Positions 33,955 to 43,728 of a DNA stretch of 64,000 nucleotides are shown in pieces. The notes below the pieces were generated by a model. It saw nothing but the letters and a program-made list of their open reading frames with translations, searched no databases and was not told the DNA's origin. Every line of letters begins with the position of its first letter. Position 1 is the stretch's first letter. The stretch covers positions 41,413 to 105,412 of the forward strand of contig DHWF01000027.1 in NCBI GenBank assembly GCA_002413045.1. The letters are read 5' to 3'. Position numbers and translations under genes: made by a program. This DNA comes from Chloroflexi bacterium UBA5189. Lineage in GTDB: Bacteria; Chloroflexota; Limnocylindria; Limnocylindrales; CSP1-4.

Positions 33955-35997
33955 TTGCGCTACCGTGCTGCGGTGAGCAGCACGCCGAGGGTCCTGTGGT
34001 CGCCCTCGACTGAATCCATCGAGCGCTCACGGATGGGTGCGTACCAGTCGTGGCTGGCCGCCGAGCGCCTGCTCGAGTTCGACGGGTATGACGGCCTGTG
34101 GCGGTGGTCGGTCGACGAGCCCGGGGCGTTCTGGCAGTCGATCGCCGACTTCTTCGAGGTCGGCTGGCACGCGCCGCCGTCGATCGCGCTCGCCGACGAG
34201 CGGATGCCGGGAGCGGTCTGGTTCCCCGGCGCGACCCTGAACTACGCCGAGCAGGTGCTGCGGATGCCCGGCCGCGGCCTCGACGAAGTTGTCGTCATCG
34301 GTCGGTCGCAGACGCGCGGACCTTCCGAGCTCACCGCGGCGCAACTGCGCAGCGCGGTGGCGCGCTGCCGGGCGGGGCTGGTTCGACTCGGCGTTCGGCG
34401 CGGCGATCGGGTCGCCGGGTACCTGCCGAACATCCCCGAGGCGATCGTGGGCCTCCTGGCTACCGCGAGCCTCGGCGCGACCTGGTCGTCATGCGCGCCG
34501 GAGTTCGGCGTGCGCGCCGTGATCGACCGGTTCGGCCAGGTCGAGCCGACGGTGCTCCTGGCCGTCGATGGCTATCGCTACGGCGATCGGGACGTCGACC
34601 GGCGCGGGGAGCTTGCCGAGATCCGCGCCGCGCTGCCGTCGCTCGCGGCGACCGTGGTCCTCCCCTACCTCGACGGATCGGGGGGCGCGGCGATCGAGTC
34701 CGCGATTACGTGGGGCGAGCTGCTCGCCGTCGGCGAGCCCATGGCGTTCGAGCCCGTGCCGTTCGACCACCCGCTGTACATCCTGTACTCGTCGGGCACG
34801 ACCGGGCTGCCCAAGCCGATCGTCCAGGGCCACGGCGGGATCCTGCTCGAGCACCTCAAGGCGCTCGGCCTCCACACGGATCTCGGACCAAGGGACCGGT
34901 TCCTGTGGTTCACGACCACCGGCTGGATGATGTGGAACTACCTCGTGTCGGGGCTGGCGGTCGGGTCGACCGTCGTGACCGTCGACGGCAACCCGGCGTT
35001 CCCCGATCTCGGTGAGCTGTGGAGACTCGTTGCCGAGACGGGCACGACCTACTTCGGCACGAGTGCGCCGTACCTGATGGCGTGCCGGAAGGCCGGCCTC
35101 GAGCCGAGTCGCGACGTTGACCTCGGCGCCCTGCGCGGCGTCGGCTCGACCGGATCGCCGCTTCCAGCGCCGGGCTTCGAGTGGGTCCACGACGCCGTCT
35201 CCCCGTCCATCCCGCTCGGCTCCCTCCTGGGCGGCACGGACGTCTGCACCGGGTTCCTCGGGCCGTCGCCGCTCGTACCGGTGTGGGCCGGCGAGATCAG
35301 CTGCCGGATGCTCGGCGCGAAGATCGAGGCGTTCGACGAGACGGGGCGCTCGGTCGTCGGGCGCGAGGGTGAGCTCGTGATCACGGCGCCCATGCCGTCG
35401 ATGCCGGTCTCGCTCTGGAACGATCCCGATGGCGGCCGCCTCCGCGAGGCGTACTTCTCGACGTATCCGGGCGTCTGGCGGCACGGCGATTGGCTGACGA
35501 TCACCGAACGTGGCTCGTGCATCGTCACCGGGCGCAGCGACGCGACGCTCAAGCGCGGCGGCGTGCGCATCGGGACCGCCGAGTTCTATGGCATCGTCGA
35601 GGCGCTGCCCGAGATCGCGGACAGCCTCGTCGTCCACCTCGAGGACGACGGCGGCGGCCCCGGCGAGCTGCTGCTGTTCGTCGTCCCCAGACCGGGCGTC
35701 GCCCTCGACGACGAGCTCCGCGCGCGAATCCGGGCGAGCCTCCGCGACGACCTGTCGCCCCGCCACGTTCCCGACGCGACGATCGCCGTGCCATCGGTCC
35801 CGCGAACCCTGTCCGGCAAGAAGCTCGAGGTCCCCGTGAAACGCATCCTCCTCGGCCTCCCGGTCGACGTCGCAGCATCCAGGGACGCCCTTGCGGACCC
35901 CCGCTCGCTGGAGCCGTTCGAGGCGCTCGCGCGCGAACGCCGGGCGCGTGCAGGCACCGGAGCGGGCGCCGGCAACGGGGCGGGCGCGCGGGCATGA
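33955..35997 (+). CDS. acetoacetate-CoA ligase (acetoacetyl-CoA synthetase)
   Basis: 680 aa. It is an AMP-binding enzyme with ILYSSGTTGLPKPIV, and the N-terminal WSPS...S.M..Y..WL... pattern is typical of AACS. Confidence 0.85.
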   Translation: MRYRAAVSSTPRVLWSPSTESIERSRMGAYQSWLAAERLLEFDGYDGLWRWSVDEPGAFWQSIADFFEVGWHAPPSIALADERMPGAVWFPGATLNYAEQVLRMPGRGLDEVVVIGRSQTRGPSELTAAQLRSAVARCRAGLVRLGVRRGDRVAGYLPNIPEAIVGLLATASLGATWSSCAPEFGVRAVIDRFGQVEPTVLLAVDGYRYGDRDVDRRGELAEIRAALPSLAATVVLPYLDGSGGAAIESAITWGELLAVGEPMAFEPVPFDHPLYILYSSGTTGLPKPIVQGHGGILLEHLKALGLHTDLGPRDRFLWFTTTGWMMWNYLVSGLAVGSTVVTVDGNPAFPDLGELWRLVAETGTTYFGTSAPYLMACRKAGLEPSRDVDLGALRGVGSTGSPLPAPGFEWVHDAVSPSIPLGSLLGGTDVCTGFLGPSPLVPVWAGEISCRMLGAKIEAFDETGRSVVGREGELVITAPMPSMPVSLWNDPDGGRLREAYFSTYPGVWRHGDWLTITERGSCIVTGRSDATLKRGGVRIGTAEFYGIVEALPEIADSLVVHLEDDGGGPGELLLFVVPRPGVALDDELRARIRASLRDDLSPRHVPDATIAVPSVPRTLSGKKLEVPVKRILLGLPVDVAASRDALADPRSLEPFEALARERRARAGTGAGAGNGAGARA

Positions 35998-36473
35998 ACC
36001 GCATGACCACCTTCGCCGATCGACTTCGGGCGGCCGTCGTCCTGACGCTGCTCGCGAGCTCGCTCGCGGCCTGTGCGGGTGTCCTCCAGTCGCCGGGGCC
36101 GCCGCCGCCGGAGCCGTTCCCCGGCATCACTGGCCACCTCGGCCGCTTCGGGGTCGACGTCCTGACCTGGACCTCGGGCGACGCCGGCTGCGACGACCCG
36201 ACGCTCAGCCCGACCGCGATCCGGTTCCAGGCGCAGGGCCTCGACCAGGCCACACCCGTTCTGCTCCGCATCTACATCTTTCGCGACCACGATGCGTGGG
36301 ACCGCCGGCTTGCCGATGTGGACACGTGCGTCGCGGCGTGGGCGACCGATCCGGCGACGTTCGAGATCGTCCAGGTGTCCCCGTACGTGCTTGCCGGCCA
36401 GGGGCCGTGGCCGCCGGCGTTCAAGAAGGCCATCTCCGACGGCCTCACCGAAGCCGCCGGCAACGGCGACTGA
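35994..36473 (+). CDS. lipoprotein, unknown function
   Basis: The ATG overlaps the upstream stop (ATGA). The signal peptide and lipobox are VVLTLLASSLAAC. Confidence 0.7.
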   Translation: MNRMTTFADRLRAAVVLTLLASSLAACAGVLQSPGPPPPEPFPGITGHLGRFGVDVLTWTSGDAGCDDPTLSPTAIRFQAQGLDQATPVLLRIYIFRDHDAWDRRLADVDTCVAAWATDPATFEIVQVSPYVLAGQGPWPPAFKKAISDGLTEAAGNGD

Positions 36474-36489
36474 CAGCCGGGGCGCGGCC

Positions 36490-37686
36490 TCAGCCGATGC
36501 GCAGGCCGAGGATCTTGCGGGCGATGACGAGGCGCTGGATCTGGCTCGTTCCCTCGCCGATCTCGGTGAGCTTCGCGTCGCGCAGGTAGCGCTCTACCGG
36601 GTACTCGGTCACGTAGCCGTAGCCGCCGTGGACCTGGATCGCGTTGTTCGTGACCCGCGAGCTCACTTCGGAGGCGAAGAGCTTCGCCTGCGCGGCGACG
36701 AGCGAATAGTCGCGGCCCTGGTCCTTGAGCCAGGCTGACTTCCAGACGAGCGCGCGCGCCGCCTCGATCTCGGTCGCCATGTCCGCGATCATGAACGCGA
36801 CGCCCTGGAAGCTGCCGATCGGCTTGCCGAACTGCTGGCGCGTCTGGACGTACGGGATCGATGCGTCGAAGGCGCCCTGGGCGATCCCCACGGCGAGCGC
36901 GCCGATGCTGATCCGGCCGCCGTCGAGGATCTTGAGGAACGTCCGGAACCCGTCGCCACGCTCGCCGAGCAGGTTCTCGTACGGGATTCGGCAGTGGTCG
37001 AACGCGAGCTCGCCGGTCGCCGAGGCGTGGAGCCCGAGCTTGTCCTCGATCCGGACGACGCGAAAGCCTGATGTGTCCGCCGGAAAGATGAACGCGGAGA
37101 TCTCCGCGCCGCCGCCTTCCTTCGTTCCGGTCTTGGCCGTGATGATGTATGTCCCGGCCTGGCCGGCGTTGGTGATGAACCGCTTGCTGCCGTCGATCAC
37201 CCACTCGCCACCGACGCCGTCCTCGTCGCCCTCGAGGCGCGCGGTGGTCCTCGTGCCGCCCGCGTCGGAGCCGGCGCCCGGCTCGGTCAGGCCGTACGCG
37301 CCGATGACGTGGCCACTCGCCATCGGGACGAGGTAGCGGTCCTTCTGCTCCTTCGTGCCGGCGAGGTGGAGCGGCCCACAGCCAAGCGAGGTATGCGCCG
37401 CGACGATCAGCCCGAGGGACCCCCATACGCGCCCGATTTCCTCGACCGCGATTGCATAGGCGAGGGTGTCCATCCCGGCGCCGCCCTCGTCCTCGGGGAT
37501 CGGGATGCCGAGCCAGCCCATCTCGCCGAGCCGGCGGACGACCTCGACCGGGAACTTGTGCTCGCGCTCGTGCTCCTCGATGACCGGCGCGACTTCCTTG
37601 ACCATGAAGTCGCGGATCGTCGATCGGAGGAGCTGGTGCTCCCCGGAGAGGTCGAGATCCATCGATCCGAGCGTACCATCCGGCAC
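36490..37686 (-). CDS. acyl-CoA dehydrogenase
   Basis: 398 aa with typical ACAD motifs (AYGLTEPGAGSD, QVHGGYGYVTEYPVERYLRDAKLTEIGEGTSQIQ). The start may be ATG 37662. Confidence 0.9.
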   Translation of the reverse strand: MPDGTLGSMDLDLSGEHQLLRSTIRDFMVKEVAPVIEEHEREHKFPVEVVRRLGEMGWLGIPIPEDEGGAGMDTLAYAIAVEEIGRVWGSLGLIVAAHTSLGCGPLHLAGTKEQKDRYLVPMASGHVIGAYGLTEPGAGSDAGGTRTTARLEGDEDGVGGEWVIDGSKRFITNAGQAGTYIITAKTGTKEGGGAEISAFIFPADTSGFRVVRIEDKLGLHASATGELAFDHCRIPYENLLGERGDGFRTFLKILDGGRISIGALAVGIAQGAFDASIPYVQTRQQFGKPIGSFQGVAFMIADMATEIEAARALVWKSAWLKDQGRDYSLVAAQAKLFASEVSSRVTNNAIQVHGGYGYVTEYPVERYLRDAKLTEIGEGTSQIQRLVIARKILGLRIG

Positions 37687-37703
37687 CCTGCTAGCCTCGG
37701 TTC

Positions 37704-38429
37704 ATGCCCGAGCCAGCCCCTCTGGCCGCCCCCAGCCGCGATCCGCTTCCCGCCGCCACGAACGGGCGGGCCGGCACCGATGTGGCGTCTCCCTCGGCCC
37801 TCCGACGCGAGATCCTGGTCCACCTGCGCCAGCTCGGGCCCACGTCGCCGGACACCCTGGCCTCGGCGCTCGGCGCCAGCCGGACCGGCGTCCTCCAGCA
37901 GCTCCATGCGCTCGAGGACACGGGTCTCGTCAGCCACGCTGCGGAGAAGCACGGCGTGGGCAGGCCGCGCCATCTGTACGACGTAACGCCCGACGCGCAG
38001 CAGCTCTTTCCGACCGACTACGGCGGCTTCGCCTCCGGCCTGCTGAAGGCAATCGAGGCGGTCGGCGGGGATGACCTCGTCGAGCAGGTCTTCGCCGCGC
38101 GTCGGCGCCAGATCGGCGATCGGACGCGGCGGCGGATGGCCGAGCGCCTACCGGCTGGCGCGAGCCTCGAGGATCGGGTCAGGGTGCTCGCGACACTCCA
38201 GGACGAGGCCGGCTACCTCGCCGAGGCAATCATCGGCGAGGACGGGACGATCCGCCTCCGGGAGCACAACTGCGCGATCGACAAGATCGCCCGCCGCTCG
38301 CATGCGCCGTGCGACGCGGAGCTGGCGCTGTTCCAGGAGATCCTGGGTCCGGGCGTTACCCGTGAATCGCACATCGCCTCCGGCGACCGCTGCTGCACGT
38401 ACCGCATCGAGCCGACTCGGCCCGACTGA
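37704..38429 (+). CDS. winged-helix transcriptional regulator (ArsR/SufR-like, Cys-rich C-terminus)
   Basis: It has the wHTH LRQLGPTSPDTLASALGASRTGVLQQLHALEDTGLV. C-terminal Cys residues occur in the stretch from CAIDKIARRSHAPC to GDRCC. The start may be GTG 37782. Confidence 0.7.
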   Translation: MPEPAPLAAPSRDPLPAATNGRAGTDVASPSALRREILVHLRQLGPTSPDTLASALGASRTGVLQQLHALEDTGLVSHAAEKHGVGRPRHLYDVTPDAQQLFPTDYGGFASGLLKAIEAVGGDDLVEQVFAARRRQIGDRTRRRMAERLPAGASLEDRVRVLATLQDEAGYLAEAIIGEDGTIRLREHNCAIDKIARRSHAPCDAELALFQEILGPGVTRESHIASGDRCCTYRIEPTRPD

Positions 38430-38560
38430 TTTCGGCGGTGACGTGCAAGCGCCACAGCGCCTTCCTCGTCGGGGGTCTGGACGCCGTCCGGCGTCGCTGT
38501 CTCGACTCCCGACGGATCTGACGCCGTCGGCGGGGAGCTAGTACAGGAGCAACGCTGGGC

Positions 38561-39616
38561 TCAGGCCTCTTCGCGCTCGACGACCGTGCGGCGCTCGGGC
38601 CGGCCGTGGGTGATCGGCACGTCGGAGACGTTCGGCACGAACGACGCGGCCATCGCGGTCGCGGCCACCTGCTCCTGCTCCTCGACCGAGAGGATGCCCA
38701 GGCGACCCAGCGTCGCGAGCTCGTCGCGAATGTACGTCTTGAGCATCTCCGGCCCGTCGGTGCTGATCGTGTAGCGGACGCCGTTGCGCCGGAACTGGTC
38801 GAAGATCCAGCGGAACTCGTCCCAGCCCGACACAACGCGCGTGTTCAGATTCGACGTCGGGCAGACCTCGAGGACGATGCCGCGCTCGTTGAGCATCGCC
38901 ATCGCCCGCGGGTCGTAGGCGGCCTTGACGCCATGCCCGATCCGGTCCGGCTCGAGCAGCTCGACGACGCGGGCGATCTCCTCGACCGGCCCTGATTCGC
39001 CGGTGTGGACCGTGATGCCCAGCCCGAACTGGCGAGCGCGGCGCATCAGCCTGCGATAGTCGGCGACACGGAACGTCGCCGACTCGGGCCCCGCGATGTC
39101 GACCCCGACGACGCCGCGATCGTGCCAAGCGATCGCTTTCTCGACCAGGATCTCGTTCAGCTCGAACGGAAACGCGCGGTCGAGGCAGAAGATCAGGCCC
39201 GGCTTGACCGGGTACTCGAGGCTCGCCCGGTCCATGCCGCGCGTCGCCGCGGCGATGATGTGATCGAGGTCCTGCTCACCGCCGCGGTTGCGCTTCATCG
39301 GGTTGAAGCGCAGCTCCATCGTCGTGATGTTGTTCTTGCGGTACGCCCCGCCGACGACTTCGTAGACGCTCCGCTCGACCGCGAGCGGCGAGCTCTGGAT
39401 CAGCTCCGTCCAGTGGAACAGCTGCAGGTACCCGTCGAACGACTTGGAGCCCTTCGTCGGGACGGTGATGAGGTCGCGGAACTCCCAGTAATCCTTCGTC
39501 GGGAGCTTGATCCCCTGGGCGTGGGCGATGCCCCACATGATCGCGGGCGTCACCGCGGCGCCAAGATGGCAGTGCAGCTCTGCGAGCGGTATGGACCTGG
39601 AGAGCTGGCGAACCAT
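38561..39616 (-). CDS. add: adenosine deaminase family protein
   Basis: 351 aa with the LAELHCHLGAAV, ITVHTGESG and VCPTSN motifs. Confidence 0.85.
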   Translation of the reverse strand: MVRQLSRSIPLAELHCHLGAAVTPAIMWGIAHAQGIKLPTKDYWEFRDLITVPTKGSKSFDGYLQLFHWTELIQSSPLAVERSVYEVVGGAYRKNNITTMELRFNPMKRNRGGEQDLDHIIAAATRGMDRASLEYPVKPGLIFCLDRAFPFELNEILVEKAIAWHDRGVVGVDIAGPESATFRVADYRRLMRRARQFGLGITVHTGESGPVEEIARVVELLEPDRIGHGVKAAYDPRAMAMLNERGIVLEVCPTSNLNTRVVSGWDEFRWIFDQFRRNGVRYTISTDGPEMLKTYIRDELATLGRLGILSVEEQEQVAATAMAASFVPNVSDVPITHGRPERRTVVEREEA

Positions 39617-39659
39617 GTGCCTCGAAGGATAGCCGACGTGCTTCCGCTATCGGCGATCG

Positions 39660-40715
39660 CTACCCGGCGAGGGGGATGACTCGGCCTTCCTCGTCGATGG
39701 TCGCCTGGCGACGCCGGAGGGCCTTCAGCTCGGCGCCGGGGACCTGGTCTCGGGCGTGGTAGCTGGAGCGGACGAGCGGACCCGATTCCACGTGCTTGAA
39801 GCCGAGGGCGAGCGCCGCCGACTTCATCTCCGCGAACTCGTCGGGGTGGTAGTAACGCTCGACCGGCAGGTGCTGGAGCGACGGCCGCAGGTACTGGCCG
39901 ATCGTGAGGATGTCGGTGTCGACGTCGCGAAGCGCCTCGAACGCCTCGGTCAGCTCGTCGCGGTCCTCGCCGAGGCCGACCATCAGCGAGCTCTTCGTGT
40001 GGACCGGGTTGCCGTACTCCTTGGCATAGGCCTTCGCGCGCTCGAGCACGCCGAGGGTTCGATCCCAGCGGGCGCGCTTGCGGACCGGCTTCTGGAGCCG
40101 GCGAACCGTCTCGAGGTTGTGGTTGAGGATGTCCGGCGCGGCCGCCATGACGTCGCGCAGCGGCGCCTCCTCGCCGTTGAAGTCCGGGATCAGGACCTCG
40201 ACACCCATGCCGGGGATGCGGTCGCGAAGTTGACGGATCGTGTTGGCGAAGACGTGGGCGCCACCGTCGGGCAGGTCGTCACGCGCCACTGAGGTGACGA
40301 CGACGTGCTCCAGCCCCAGCCCGGAGATCGCCTCGGCGACGCGGCGCGGCTCGTCCTCGTCGAACCAGGTCGGGCGGCCGGTCTTCACGTTGCAGAAGCC
40401 GCAGGCGCGCGTGCACGTGTCGCCCAGGATCATGATCGTCGCGGTGCGCTGGTCCCAGCACTCGCCGATGTTGGGGCAGTGAGCCTCTTCGCAGACCGTG
40501 TTGAGGTTCAGGCCGCGGAGCAGGCGCTTGAGGTCGTGGTAGTTGTCGCCCGAGGGCAGCTTCGCGCGGATCCAGTCCGGATGTCGCCGGAGGGCGGTCG
40601 ACCCATCGGCGGCCGGCCCGTAGGCTCCCCCGCCCATCGCGATCGTGATCGGCTCGGGGGCGCCGTGGGGGTGGCCGCCGCCCGGCGGGGTGAACATCGG
40701 AAGCTCGCGGGCCAC
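39660..40715 (-). CDS. lipA: lipoyl synthase
   Basis: 351 aa with VCEEAHCPNIGECW and radical-SAM CTRACGFCNV. Confidence 0.95.
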   Translation of the reverse strand: MARELPMFTPPGGGHPHGAPEPITIAMGGGAYGPAADGSTALRRHPDWIRAKLPSGDNYHDLKRLLRGLNLNTVCEEAHCPNIGECWDQRTATIMILGDTCTRACGFCNVKTGRPTWFDEDEPRRVAEAISGLGLEHVVVTSVARDDLPDGGAHVFANTIRQLRDRIPGMGVEVLIPDFNGEEAPLRDVMAAAPDILNHNLETVRRLQKPVRKRARWDRTLGVLERAKAYAKEYGNPVHTKSSLMVGLGEDRDELTEAFEALRDVDTDILTIGQYLRPSLQHLPVERYYHPDEFAEMKSAALALGFKHVESGPLVRSSYHARDQVPGAELKALRRRQATIDEEGRVIPLAG

Positions 40716-40734
40716 GGTCGGGCGCTCGATCGGC

Positions 40735-42273
40735 CTAGTAGATCGCGGTGTCCGGCCCGACCGACTCGAGCCAGGCCTTGATATCGCGGAGCAGCGCCGC
40801 GCCGCCGGCGCCGTCGTTCGCGCGATGGTCGACGCCGAGGACCATGTTCATGATCGAGCGGATCCCGATGACGTCGCCGTCCGGCGTCTCGACGACGACG
40901 GGCCGCTTCGTGATCCGGTCCATCGTCACGATGCCGACCTCGGGCACGTTCATGATCGGCATGACCATGTTCGTGCCGAGCCAGCCCGTGTTGTCGACGG
41001 TGAACGTGCCGCCACCGAAGTCATCGACATGGAACTTGTTGGCCCGCGCTCGGTCGGAGACCTCGGCGATCGCCTTGTTGAGCCCGTTGATCGACAGGTT
41101 GTCAACGTCGCGAATGACCGGGACGATCAGCCCGCCCTCCACGGCGACCGCGATGCCGATGTTGATGCGCCGCTTGGCCAGCAGGCCGGCGTCGGTCCAA
41201 TGGGCGTTGAACGTCGGGTTCCGCTTGAGCGCCTCCGCGGAGGCCTTCACCACGAACGGGACGAAGCTCAGCGAGATACCTTCGCGGGCCTGGTAGTCGC
41301 GCTTCTGCTTGTCACGAAGTCGCACGAGGCTCGTGACGTCGACCTCCATCTGGACGTAGGCGTGGGGTACCAGCAACGCGCGTGTCATCTGGGCGGCGAT
41401 GCCCTTGCGCATCTGGGTCATCGGGACGAGGACTTCGTCCGCGCCCTCGGGGAATGCGATCGTCGGGCTCGCCTGCGTGGCCGGAGCCGGCGAGCGCGGC
41501 GCCTGGGCGGCGCTCGGCGCCTGGGCGGCGCTCGGCGCTGGGGTCGTCGTCGACGCTGCGGCTGCTGTGGCGGCCGGAGCGGCGGCAGCGGCGGCGGCAG
41601 GCGCCGCCGCGGCGTTCTGCCGCCCGACCGGCTGGCCGGTTCGCTGGCTCTCGACGTAGTCGGTGACGTCCTCGCGGGTGATCCTGCCGCCGCCGCCCGT
41701 GCCGGCGATCATCGCGGCGGTGAGGCCGTGCTCGCGGAGGAGGCGACGAACGGCCGGCGTCATGCGGGCATCCGCGTTGCCGGCCAGCTCTGCCGGCCCG
41801 CGCTCATCCGAGCCTGCGGGTCCGTGGGTCGCCGGTGCGCTCATGGCCATCGGCGAGGCCGTCGCGGCATTCGTCGCTGCTGCGGGCACCGACGAAGCAG
41901 CCGCCGCGGCCGGTAGCGCCGGAGCGGCGGGCTCGACGGCAGCCGGGGCGACCGGCGCGGCCGGAGCGGCAGTCGCCGCGGTGGTGGCGGTCGCGGCGGC
42001 CGTCGCGCCTGAGCCGTTGCTCGCGGCCGTCGCGGCGCCGGCCTCCTCGATGACCGCGATCTCGGCGTTGTTGGGGACCGTCGCCCCCTCCTCGACCAGG
42101 ATCTCCTTGAGAATTCCCTCGAACGGAGATGGCACCTCGGCGTTGACCTTGTCGGTGATGACCTCGAGCAGCGGCTCGTACTTGGCGACGTGATCACCGG
42201 GCTTCTTCAGCCACTTGCCGATGGTGCCCTCGGCAACGCTCTCGCCGAGCTGGGGCATCGTCACCTTGGCCAC
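40735..42273 (-). CDS. 2-oxoacid dehydrogenase E2 (dihydrolipoamide acyltransferase), single lipoyl domain
   Basis: Trimmed to GTG at 42273 (RBS GGAGGAAG). It has the lipoyl motif MPQLGESVAEGTIGKWLKKPGD...EVITDKV, Ala/Pro linkers, an E3-binding region and the catalytic DHRANDG. Confidence 0.9.
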   Translation of the reverse strand: MAKVTMPQLGESVAEGTIGKWLKKPGDHVAKYEPLLEVITDKVNAEVPSPFEGILKEILVEEGATVPNNAEIAVIEEAGAATAASNGSGATAAATATTAATAAPAAPVAPAAVEPAAPALPAAAAASSVPAAATNAATASPMAMSAPATHGPAGSDERGPAELAGNADARMTPAVRRLLREHGLTAAMIAGTGGGGRITREDVTDYVESQRTGQPVGRQNAAAAPAAAAAAAPAATAAAASTTTPAPSAAQAPSAAQAPRSPAPATQASPTIAFPEGADEVLVPMTQMRKGIAAQMTRALLVPHAYVQMEVDVTSLVRLRDKQKRDYQAREGISLSFVPFVVKASAEALKRNPTFNAHWTDAGLLAKRRINIGIAVAVEGGLIVPVIRDVDNLSINGLNKAIAEVSDRARANKFHVDDFGGGTFTVDNTGWLGTNMVMPIMNVPEVGIVTMDRITKRPVVVETPDGDVIGIRSIMNMVLGVDHRANDGAGGAALLRDIKAWLESVGPDTAIY

Positions 42274-42376
42274 TGGGTCAACTTCCTCCGAACGGAACGC
42301 GTTGGGGCACCCGAGGTGTCGCGGCACAGTGTCGCGCATCGCGGCGTGCTGCGCCGCAAATCGAACGCGCGGGCGC

Positions 42377-42715
42377 CTAGCGTCTGCCCATGTAGACGTC
42401 GAAGCCACGAGCGACGAGAGCGGTCAGCTCGTCGATGAGCACACCGTCGGCGGGGCCGAAGCGGAAGAAGGAGGCGCCTGCGCGTCGCTTCAGCAGGCCG
42501 GCTGACACCCCGTCGAGGAGCTCCGGATGTACGTTGATCGGCAGGAAGTTGAACTTGACGAGCGGGCCGGTTCGGCGGACGCCCGCGAACCAGTCATGGG
42601 CATTGGCGCCCGGACGGCGCAGGACCTCCATGCCGTAGATCTCTGCCGTCTCGAGCTCGTCCTCGTACGGCACGAGGATCGCGCGCAGCTCGGCCTCGAG
42701 CTCGTCAATCGTCAT
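42377..42715 (-). CDS. small hypothetical protein inserted between the E1-beta and E2 genes
   Basis: Trimmed to ATG at 42715. The translation begins MTIDELEAELRAILVPYEDELETAEIYGMEVLRRPG. I cannot assign a confident family. Confidence 0.5.
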   Translation of the reverse strand: MTIDELEAELRAILVPYEDELETAEIYGMEVLRRPGANAHDWFAGVRRTGPLVKFNFLPINVHPELLDGVSAGLLKRRAGASFFRFGPADGVLIDELTALVARGFDVYMGRR

Positions 42716-42744
42716 GCGCGGAACGAGCCGCTCATCCCAAGCGC

Positions 42745-43728
42745 CTAGTACGCCGCGAGCTTGCGGATGCCGTCGGCGATCTTCTCGGGGTTGACCATGA
42801 ACCAGTCCTCGAGAACGTGGTTGTACGGGACGCCCGGGACGTCCGGGCCAGCCACGCGAGAGACCGGGCCGTCGAGGTAGTCGAACGCCTCCTCGGCGAC
42901 GATCGCGGCGAGCTCCGCCCCGTAGCCCAGGAACTTGTTGTCCTCGTAGACGATCAGGCACTTGCCGGTCTTCTTGACCGACGACAGGATCGTCTCCTTG
43001 TCGAGCGGGCGGAGCGTCCGCAGGTCGACGACCTCGACGCTGATCCCCTCCTCCGCCACGACGTCGGCGGCCTCCAGGGCGTAGTGGGCCATCAGGCCGT
43101 AGGCGAGGATCGTGATCTGCGTGCCGGGGTGCGTGATCGCCGCCTTGCCAAGCGGCACGAGGTAGTCCGTCGCGGGCACGTCGCCGCGGACGGATCGATA
43201 CATCTTCTTGTGCTCGAAGTACAGCACGGGGTCCTCGTCACGGATCGATGACCGGAGCAGGCCCGCCGCGTCATAGGGCGTCGACGGGATGACGACCTTC
43301 AGGCCCGGCACGTGGGTGAAGAACGCCTCGACCGACTGCGAGTGATAGAGCGCCCCGTGGACCCCGCCGCCGTACGGCGCCCGGACCGTCATCGGCACGC
43401 CGAACCCGTTGTTCGAGCGGTAGCGCATCCGGGCCGCCTCGGACACGAGCTGGTTGAAGGCCGGGAAGATGAAGTCGGCGAACTGGATCTCGGCGATGGG
43501 GCGGAGGCCGTTCATTGCCGCCCCGATCGACGTGCCGATGATCATCGACTCGGACAGCGGCGTGTCGATGACGCGATCCTCGCCGAACTCGGCATACAGC
43601 CCATCGGTCGCCAGGAACACGCCGCCCTTCAGCCCGACGTCCTCGCCGAGCAGGATCACGGACTCGTCGCGCCGCATCTCCTCGGCCATCGTCTCGCGGA
43701 TCGCCTCGATGAACGTCTTCAGCGCCAT
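42745..43728 (-). CDS. 2-oxoacid dehydrogenase E1 component beta subunit
   Basis: 327 aa with typical transketolase-like pyrimidine-binding and C-terminal domains (VIDTPLSE, EIQFADF). Confidence 0.9.
   Translation of the reverse strand: MALKTFIEAIRETMAEEMRRDESVILLGEDVGLKGGVFLATDGLYAEFGEDRVIDTPLSESMIIGTSIGAAMNGLRPIAEIQFADFIFPAFNQLVSEAARMRYRSNNGFGVPMTVRAPYGGGVHGALYHSQSVEAFFTHVPGLKVVIPSTPYDAAGLLRSSIRDEDPVLYFEHKKMYRSVRGDVPATDYLVPLGKAAITHPGTQITILAYGLMAHYALEAADVVAEEGISVEVVDLRTLRPLDKETILSSVKKTGKCLIVYEDNKFLGYGAELAAIVAEEAFDYLDGPVSRVAGPDVPGVPYNHVLEDWFMVNPEKIADGIRKLAAY

Noticed and set aside
41499-41534. Perfect 18-nt tandem duplication GCGCCTGGGCGGCGCTCG x2
   Set aside because: It is in frame within the Ala/Pro linker of the E2 acyltransferase and encodes APSAAQ-APSAAQ on the minus strand. 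This is ordinary linker-length variation, not a regulatory repeat.
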